Below are positions 44,146-54,061 of a stretch of DNA of 64,000 bases, piece by piece. Position numbers and translations under genes: made by a program. The notes under the pieces were generated by a model. The model was given only the letters and a program-made list of their open reading frames with translations. It ran no database searches and was not told the DNA's origin. The DNA is from Gracilinanus agilis (lineage: Eukaryota). Position 1 is the first letter of the stretch, and the number at the start of each line of letters is the position of its first letter. The stretch is from assembly GCF_016433145.1 (NCBI RefSeq), contig NC_058130.1, positions 255,413,771-255,477,770 of the forward strand, in the 5' to 3' direction.

Positions 44146-45695
44146 TACACACATGGGAATATCTGACCCTAGCATTCTTCTTTCAACATGTACCTCCCCT
44201 TTTTTTCAGGGTTCATAGCATAGACCCATGGATGGAACTTAGAGGCACAGAGTAGTGCAGGGAATAGTCTCATTACGATGTCTTTTGGGAAGTCTAATGG
44301 ACTTCCAAGGATTCATCTTCCACAAAAGGGAACAAGTTTTTAGTACTTTCCAGCCTTCCCTCTTTTCCAATTGCTCCCCACACTTAGGCCTCTTTGTAAC
44401 AGCGTCTAGAGGTCCATCCTTTCTCTTTCTCTTCCTTGGTTAATATCTTGGAGTTTTCTTCTCCTGGTATCTACCAAGACCAGTCATTCATATTCCATGA
44501 CCTTAATATCAGGTTTTAGGCAAACAGGAGTTGGAAGAACAATGAAGAATAAGGGTGATCAGAAGGGAGAGAGGGAAAAAAGGGAGAGAGATGTCTGGGG
44601 TTGGTAGGTAGGAGTAGGAGACATGGTGACTTGTGCAGGTAGGAAGCATACCACCCCAACTGGCCTTGAACTTCCTCCATTTGCTTATCTTCTGTAAAGT
44701 GGAGCCAACAGAATTCATTTTGCAACTGGCAGAATTCTACTCATTCTGACTGAAGACATGCTCTCTTCTGCCAATGCCAGTGCTACCCCAAGGGGTCCCT
44801 TGTTCTCTCAGCCTTTTACCTAGGTGCTCAAGTCATAGGTCATAGAATGTCAGAGTTGGAAGACAGCTTAGAGATCATCTGTTCGGAAGCTAAATCTCAG
44901 AGAGGAGTGATTAACTTGCTCAGAGATATAATTGGGGAAGGGAGCAATGATTAACAGGGAGGTGGATTGTTTTCCCCAAAATATATTTATGACCGTGAGT
45001 GAAAGGAATGAAAGGCCTTCCACAAGGTTGTTATTGGGTAATCTTAGAAACCTAGGGTGACTGGAATTGGGCCTTACCCTCCCTCACTTCAGCCCCTATT
45101 CCCCTCTCCCCTTTTTAATCTGCATCAGACATATGGAATCTAGCATTTACTATATGAAATTGCAGATACTTTCAAGACTTGTGCCATAGTGGAAAACTGG
45201 GGTGTTAGGAAAGCTGGAGTCCAGTCCAGAATCTGCCACTAGATGAAGTATGACCTTGGACAAATTACTTCCCCCTCACTCTGGCCTCCTCACCCAGGCC
45301 TGCCCTCCCCTGCTGCCCACTATTCTTCCTCATAATAATATTCCATATGCATATAGCTGGTAATTTTGCTCCTCTGATGAAAATTCTCTAATGCCTACAT
45401 ATTACTTAGTAAGTAAAATTCAAACTTTTTTGCTTGGTATTCAAAGCCTATCACAGACTGGCTCTAAGCATATGTTTTACCTTTCTATCCTTATTTAATA
45501 CTCTTCTCCTTGAAATACTTCATATTCCTATCAAAATGGAGTTCTCTGTCCCATCAGCTACTTCCCTATCTTGAGTGTTTCCTCTATTTGCTTAGAGTAG
45601 GAATACCCTCCCACCAATTCTTTTTAAAGCTTTATTTTGTCTTAGAATTGATACTAAATATCAATTCTAAGGCAGAAGAGTGGTAAGGACTAGGC

Positions 45696-45883
45696 CAGTG
45701 ATTCCCAAAGTGGGCACTACACCCTGGTGGGTGCTGCAGCGATCCAGGAGGGCAGTGATGGCCACAAGTGCATTTATCTTTCCTATTAATTGCTATTAAA
45801 ATTTTAAAAATTAATTTCCAGGGGGCTAAGTAATATTTTTTTTGGAAAGGGGACGGTAGGCCAAAAAAGTTTGGGAACCACTG
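45696..45883. mobile_element. hAT MITE inserted into a SINE, with 8-bp TSD
   Basis: Same inverted repeats. TSD gactaggc / ggctaggc. The SINE tail sequence continues on both sides. Confidence 0.88.
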
Positions 45884-48800
45884 GGCTAGGCAATGGGGGT
45901 TAAGTGACTTCCCCCACATCACACAAATAGAAAGTGTCTGAGGTCATATTTGAACCCAGGCCCTCCCATCTCTAAGGCCATTTCAAGTGCTTCCTCCCTT
46001 GTGATCTTCAGGTCTATAAAGACCTTCCTTCTTGGATCAATGACCAGCTCCTTGAGAGCAGGGACCATGTTTTTTGGCTATTTTAATAAATATTTCCAGT
46101 GTTTATCATAGTGCCTGAGACATAGTAGGCACTTAATAAATGCTTGTTGATTGCCTCTCCAATGTATTTGATATTTAAAGCCCTCCACAATATGATAGCT
46201 GCCTACCTTCCCAGATACTTCATATCACTCTCTTCTATGTACACAATAGTGATGGGGGGAGCAAGGAGAGAGGGATGGGGGGTGGGGTGGGAAATGACAG
46301 GCTAAGGGCAAAGGCCAGAAGAGGATCATTTCCATTTAGACATTGTGGAAAGGAGCACCAAGAGATTGAAATGGCAAGTAATAGAGGAGAAAAAGATTAA
46401 CTTGGAAAAGAAATGTTCAAAAAGGACTTTGATCATAGAAATGGAAAAGATGGAATGAAGTCAGAAGGGAGGAAATAGGTAAAGTCTCCTAATATCAGAG
46501 GGTGTCATATTCCATACAACCACCAGATGGTGAAGCAAGACTATGGTTGAAGTCTCAGAAAGCTAATCCTGGGGGGCAGGAAAATCATGAAATTTAGGAT
46601 ATTAGTGCTAACAAGAAATTTAAAGATTTTCTAGTCCAATATTCTCATTTTATAAGGTTAGAATACTGAGGCCTTTGACTTGCCCAAGATCATACATCCA
46701 ATTAGTAACAGAGATTATCTACACTTTGTTTTCTCTTTAAAATGATGACTAAGGAAGAGACTAGAAGAGACAATATAGTATAATACAATGAGCACTAGAT
46801 TTGGAGCCAGAAGTCCAGAACCTGAGTTTGAGTGAGTGTGTGTGTGTGTGTTCCTCCCTCAATTTCCTCATATGTAAAATGAATTCATTGTGCTAAGTGG
46901 TTTCAGATGTCTCTTCCAGCAACTAGGGACTTATAAAATGAACAAACAAAATAATACACAGAAGACTGTGATAAGGGAAAAGAAGTGATCCATACAAAAT
47001 GCCATAAGACAACTTTGGAAGGTCACAGCACTATAGCTAGTTTTACAGGGAAAGTATCATGGAAGGGGTAACACCGGAGGTGCATTTTGAAGGACAAGAA
47101 GGATTTTTGACAGGTCACAAAGGATAGATTGGGTAGACATACAGAAATACCAAAATGTAGGACAAGGTCAAGGATTAACCAGTAGCCCAGTGAGACTGGA
47201 ATGTAGAGTGTATGAAGGAGAGTAGTGTTAAATAAGGCCAGAGAGGTAGGTTAAAGATTATCTAGTCCAATATTCTCATTTTATAAGGTTAGAACACTGA
47301 GGCCCTTGACTTGCTCGAGATCATACATCCAATTAGTAACAGAGATTATCTAGGTTGGAGTATCATTCTCACAGTTTCTCTTAGCCTCCTTTGCCTCAGC
47401 CATCGATAAATGGCAATCAGAGATGCAACTAGGGGGAGTAGGGATGAGGAAAAGGATGACTCCTTAGCTGCACTGAAGATAATACAACTCGGGGTGAATT
47501 CACATTGGTAGAAGAAAAGGCTCAGATACTAGAGAGTCTTGCCACCAAGAGTTTGTTGAAGGAGATAGAAGGCAAATCTCATGATGATGAAAGGAGCCTG
47601 GGAGTGGCAGCCAGGGGCCAGGTGAAGTAGTAGGGTCATGAGATTTAGTGCAATCTTGTTGTAGATATCAAGGCACAGGAACAGTGGTCTACAGACCATC
47701 ATCAAGAGGAAACATCCCTCCACAGGAGAAAGTGTGTTCCCCTATGTGTCAGCACCATGAGGAAAAGTTCTAAGTACCTCACCTTAGTTTCAGCTCTACT
47801 CTCAGATTTAGAATTTCCACTGAATGACTGTGGAATACCTCATAATATCGGGACAGAAGTTAAGTCTAGGGCACTAAAGAAAAACGTTGTCAGTAGGATT
47901 CCCAAAGTAATTGCCCCAATAAAACAATTTTTTTATTTAAAATTTTCATTTTATTTTTGAAAAATATTTTTCCATCTTCCCTCCACACTTCCAGAGCCGA
48001 CAAGCAATTGCACTAGGTTGTACAAATGTTTTCATTTGATACCTATTTCCACATTATCCATTTTTACCATAGAACAATCTAACAAAACAAATTTTGAGTG
48101 AAGTCTTCAGCTCTGAAATCTCAGTCCAAGGATCTTCCCAGACTTCCAGTAACCATACAAAAGGAAAGAAGTCTTCTGCTTCCAAGAGACTGTGGTTCCA
48201 TCTAAAGCGTATTTTACCTCATCTTATGATGACATAATATCAGACTGCATTAACTGGGAAGCCGGGACTTCAGAGTGTGTGACCTGCTGAGGGGGTAGGA
48301 TCCTAACCTAGTGACAATTGGTTTCCATATGTAATTGGCATGACAATATGAGGCAGGGTTGGTATCTTCATCCTACTATTCACCCTGCATGACAACACTT
48401 TGACATGTTGCAAAGGAAGTTTTCCAGAATTTTTTAGGTTATAGGGTCTACGAATAAGGGAGAAAATGGGGAAAGCAGGGTACCTGGGTTTTGGAGAATC
48501 CTACCTTATATCACTTTGTCCAAGCCTCATAACCCAAAATACCTTGAATATACTTTGTCTTTGCCAGCCTTCAAGTCTCCTGTGTTCCATCCCTTTCTTG
48601 TTCATAACTGGTCTCTAAGTACTTTGAGTTGCCCTCAAGGGTTTGTATCCCAACTTACCTTTGTATTTACAAAGCCTAGCACATTACTTATACATAATAG
48701 GTGCTTAATAAATGTTGTATTAAATTGGTCATCAACTTTCTTTGGCTACTTATTTATCTCTATTCTTGATGGTTCTGTTGATATATTGGGTCTTCCTGAA

Positions 48801-50246
48801 TTAAATTCAATTAACAATTAACTTAGATAAAAATTTATTGAGCTCTTACTATATGGTAGGTACTACACTAGGTCCTGGGGATATGTGTGTATGTGGCAGG
48901 GTGGGGATGGGGAGCAGAAGGGGGAGAGGGGGAGAGACAGAGACAGAGACAGAAAGACAGAGAGAGAGAGACAGAGATGATCCCTGCTCTCAGGGATGAA
49001 TGAAAAGTTGCTCTGGTGTTCAGATAGTAAGTCAATTCTCTGTAATGAGATAGTGATATCAGCTGAGATAAAGTAACATACATTTGTAGTGGACTTAGCC
49101 AGTTGGAGGAGGAAATAACAAACCATTCCAGTATCTTTGCCAAGAAAACCCCAAATGGGATCATGTAGGGTTGGATACAATTAAAATGACTAAACAACAA
49201 CAGTCAGCATGGTTTTGTAATTTTCTCCCACTTTTTTTCAGTAGCATGTTATTAGAAGCAAAGGCACTCATAGAAGCGAGGCTAAGGCTTGGCAGGTTAA
49301 GATCAATGATGGGATACAAATGGAAAGAGACTTGAGAGAAGAGGATAGTGGAGTATTAAACTGGTTCATCAAGGGGTCAAGATGGGAATGGGAGGAAAAT
49401 ATAGCCAGTGCCTGAGCGATGGCCCAGGAAAAAGAAATGAGAGCGTGAAGGGTCAGAGGTCATGGTGAGAATGAAGACAAAGCTTGGGATTAAAATGCAG
49501 AAGAAGTAGAATGGCAACAGATTGTGTTCAGATAAGAGAATTTCTGAGTTCACAAACATGGAAGTGGATTCAAAATATAGATTTCTAGAGCTCAATAAGC
49601 TTAGATAAGAAAATTTTACATTTCAATTTTCATTAATCTCTAACTGAAATTTAAGCATTTCCTTCTATTATACATTTTTAAAAAATATGCTGAGAAAAGG
49701 TCCTTAGCTTCACCAGATTGCCAAAGCAGTTCATGACACAAAAAAGTAAAAGAACCCCCTGCTTTAGGATCTGGAGACTGGTTCAGGAGATTTGAGTTAA
49801 ATCAGAAACTCAGATCATGAATGAAATTAGCACCTTTGTTCACCCCATGGGCTCATGATTACCTGTGCAGAGAAGAGTTTCTCATCTAATTAAGGTCATG
49901 CAGGTCAAGGTTAACAGAACTGAAGTCAAACACAGGAGTGAGTCACTTCACCTGCCTCTCTGGGGTAAGCTGGGGCAGAGCACAAGGCATGGGGTCTCTG
50001 CTGGGAGCGTGGCACCCATTCTTTGTGGGGGGCAGGTTCACCATCACTTTTCTGGTAGGTGTTATGTTGGAATACTATTCTCTAAAAACATATTTGTCAT
50101 CAAGTCCTAGCCCAAAGTCATAAGATGCCCCAGGCACATGATCTCCTCTATGTATGTGCCTGCTCTCTCCTATGGACACTCTTTGCATTGGTATCAGCTA
50201 GGTTTATGTGTGGGCTATTATATTTGGATAATTCTTGCTCTTGATT

Positions 50247-50252
50247 TTTATT
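50247..50252 (-). terminator. Candidate polyadenylation signal of the RNF112-like gene
   Basis: TTTATT on the plus strand (AATAAA on minus), about 530 nt after the stop codon. Confidence 0.4.
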
Positions 50253-50771
50253 GAGTAAATTATATTATTATTATTATTATTATTTTTGCTTCCTCATTTA
50301 GTAAATATTTCATGTTTAAGAATCAATGGTATTATTAAGACTGATTTTATACAAATGAAAAGAACACTTTTTTGGGCTAAGGAACTATAGTGGTGGTTTT
50401 CACCCTACATCAAAATTACTCCTAGTCTCCTGTCCCTGATAATGAGTATATCAGTGTAGTGGAAGACATGGCTAGCCCTCCCATTCTGGGAAAATGAAAA
50501 CAAAAAACTACACAGATTTGCCTGTTTAAGTTAATGTTGGGATGAGTGAGCCAGGACAGAAAGTGTGAAAGCCTCTGCACTAACAACCTAAAGAAATAGC
50601 ATTAATTCACTGACTCTTTTTAGACTATAGCCTGTTTCAATAAATGCAAAGCTTCCCTGATTTAATGTTTATAATCCTGAGACTTAGCACAATATTTTGC
50701 ACATAGAGTTGACTAAATTTTGAAATTTAATCATTCATTTCTATCATGGACATCTGAATCAATGTGTAGGG

Positions 50772-50834
50772 TTTTTTAAAACCCTAATCCTCTGTCTCAG
50801 AATCAGTATTATGTGTTGGTTCCAAGGCAGAAAG
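50772..50834 (-). mobile_element. SINE 3'-tail fragment supplying the last codons and stop of the RNF112-like gene
   Basis: Minus strand reads ttctgccttggaaccaacacataatactgattctgagacagaggattagggttttaaaaaa. This matches the tails of SINE copies in this window, e.g. about 20339-20395 and about 56709-56767. Confidence 0.85.
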
Positions 50835-53800
50835 AATTCCCACTATACCACCAGCTAACGCCAGGATGCCAACTCCCACAAGTCCACCTAGGGCAGAAGT
50901 ATGGCCACAGAAACGCATTTTGTAGGAATCCTGGAAGTCCTTAGCTTTTTTCTGAATCTCTTTCTCAAAACTGTCCATAAGTTGGCTCTTCCCTGGGCCC
51001 TTCAAAGTCATTCTGAGATTATTCAAGACAAGATCTTTCTTAGTTGAGAGGCGTTTCCACATGTCTTTAGGAAGAATCCTCACAGCACCAAACATGACCT
51101 TTGTGGAAGAATCCTGAAAGTATGGAAGAAAAAGCTGTGGTTGCTGACTGAGCACCTTGGCATTCTCACCCTGAGCCCAAGTCTTTGCTATTCAGATTGC
51201 TTTTATTTTGAGAATTCAGGTATCCTTCATTTCAGTTCTCTTTCCCTGTCTAGATGAACTCAATTAATTTTTTCTTTCTCTAAAAAAAAAAAGTTTTAAT
51301 GTTGCCTTTTATTTTTTTATATCTCATTCCTTTTTTACAAAGGTATGCCCTTCCTCTGGCACCCAACTTACCAATTTCATCTGATAGTATATGCAGCATT
51401 CTATACCCATACTTTCCCATGCCTTCAGTGAAAGGTAGAAGCCATGTTTGATCATTACCATTATGGACAGAATTCAGGATGGTTGAGTGGAGACCAATGA
51501 TTTTATTTCCTTTGCCTGCCTTTGCTTCTGACTCAAATTCATTTGTAGCTAAGCCAGAGAGGATATTGGAAGTTTGTTAAATTGTCCAGACCCTAGATAA
51601 TGATCTATAATAGAAAGCTTAGGATCCTAGGCCAGTCATAGGGTCAAAAAATAAAGACCTATCTTTTAAAATCTTAGCTTGAACAGTCTTCATAGATTTT
51701 GTCTGGGTGTAGTAGCTAGTCAACAAGCATGACTAAAGAATTATCAGTCAGTCCTTATCAGACAGAAGTTTTAACCACTATTCCCTAGCAGAATTAATTT
51801 GAAGTGGCTAAGTTGGCTCTGAAGAGATTTTAGTTACCAAGGGAGACAGGAAATCTAGTGGAGGAGCACCCATAGAGAGGAATTCTGGCCTAGTAAACCC
51901 AGTAGATTCACCAGAGGACATCAGAGATCACTTTAGAATATAGAGGAACAACTAACTGCCTCTGATGCTTTAAGATCCCTGATGTGCCCTGGTGAATTCA
52001 TGTGTAATAATAATAGCTGTGCATGATCACTCAGGTCATATGGATATTTGTATGATAAAATACCCTACATTCATGGAAGGAATATTTTATTAGTCTTCTA
52101 ACTCTGCTATTTCATTTAGCACCTTTGCTATGAACTAACTATATCCTCTGGATGACTAGGGAAAAAGTAGAAATATCAATGGGAATTTATGAGTTGTTGT
52201 GAGTATCTTGAATCTGGAGCAGATTCTTCTGGGAAGCCCATATGTAAGAAGGACAATTAAAATTCTGAAGGCTTACCTGTTCCTTTATGAAGTCCTCCAA
52301 ATCTTTTGTAGCATCTTTAATCCTCTTCACATTGTGGAGGTCAGTAGCCATCTGTTCAATGAAAAGAAAGCCCTCATGCATGTTGCCTTTCATTCTCTCC
52401 ATTTTGGAATTCTGTTCCAAGTCCCTCACCTACCTTTATTTCCTACTTAAACCTACTCCAACCCCATGTTCTCTTGAAGACAGATACTGACTCCTTAGAC
52501 CTGTTTCTCTTTCTAGAATTAAAATCCTTCCCAGAACTAATAGGCAAGACTCTACCGAATCAAGTGAGGAAGAGAATCCAAATTCTTTCTTCTTTACCAG
52601 GTCAGAGAGTGTCTGCAGATAAATTCAAAGGGACAATTAGAAGTTACAGAAGAAGGGACAGGTAGGTATAAGATTCATGGAAGTTGGAGAAGTTGCCCAT
52701 ACCGAGATCTTCTCAGCTAATTCTCTACCAGTGAGAAAATTCTCAAATGACCATTCTGCCACATTCTGGATAGCTGAACTGCAAACATCTGTGATGTAGG
52801 CATGTAGATGCTCATAGAAATCTGGGTCCATGTCTAAGAAAGAGAATATTTGTGATCCTGGGAAATTCCAGTAGCTAGGAGTAAGGTGGCTGGTGTTTAG
52901 AAGGGAATCAGAATGTTGGTGAGGGGAGATCAATTACACTTTGGGAAGAAGTTACAGGGACTTCTGGATAAAGAGGAAGTTACCTTCTGGATTTGCATTG
53001 CCATTGCATGCCACTTTTTTCCCAGGAAATGGCAAGAGGTAGCAGTGGATTTGTTTACTCCTAAATGCCTTCTGAATCCTGGGGTATTTGTCAGAGATTT
53101 TCTAAAGAAAAAGCAAGACCTCAAGAAGGTTTCAACCAGGCTTCAGGTGGTAGCTTCATTCCTATGCCCTCTCCCTTTCTGAATGTTCCATTACTACTTT
53201 TTTTTCCTCCCTGAACCCAGGCTTGATGTCCTTCTTTCCTGCCACCCTCCAAACAGCTGACAAATTGATATGCTTAAAGCACAGGTTCTATAAATTAATC
53301 TCTATGGCTTTCTTTTGACTCTGGAATTAAATACAAACTAGTTTGTTTGGTATTTACAACCCCTCACAGCCCACCTTTCTAAGTCCTTTATATTTACTGC
53401 TCTATATATACTCTATGACCTAGCCAAACAGGTTGCTCTTCCTTGAATTTGCCATGTCTCTCCCTCCTTACAACCATCTCAAATGACTCCTCCTAAAGGA
53501 GGCCTTTCTGATTCAACCCAATTGTTAGCATAGATTCTGTATATACTTATATGTGTACCTATTGTCTCTACTACCACCACCATGAAAATTTAAGTTCTTT
53601 AAGGGCAAATTTTTTGCTTTAAATTCAGCCTTCCCTAGGGTACAGGTCCTGCTCAATAGTAGGCATTTAATTCATGCTTATTGAATGAATCAACCAATGA
53701 ATCAGTTGACAAATGTTTGCACTTGCCTGGATCACATCATTCATGTGTGCTTGGCCTGCTTCCTCTCCAAACGTTGCTGGATAAAACCAGTCCCGAACTA

Positions 53801-54017
53801 AGAGATCCAGATGCTGAAAAAGAAGAAAAGGTAAGACAGTTTGACAAGTGGATTCTAGAGGGGGTTGAAGTCTCAGGACAAATGAACTGGACAAACAGTG
53901 CCTCACCTGTATTGGTTTCATCTCAAAATATTCTCCTATTTCTTCAGCAATGTGGAGGAACATCTAGTAAGCAGATACAAGTTAGGGCACTTCTTGTCAC
54001 AGAACCAAGGTATCCTT

Positions 54018-54061
<44 letters not shown>

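Noticed and set aside
47340-48480. Coding-looking minus-strand stretch (e.g. LCLDIYNKIALNL...LLPLVASLIAIYRWLR) suggesting a decayed membrane-protein or GPCR pseudogene
   Set aside because: It has stops in all frames and no diagnostic motif I can assign with confidence. It would need BLASTx.
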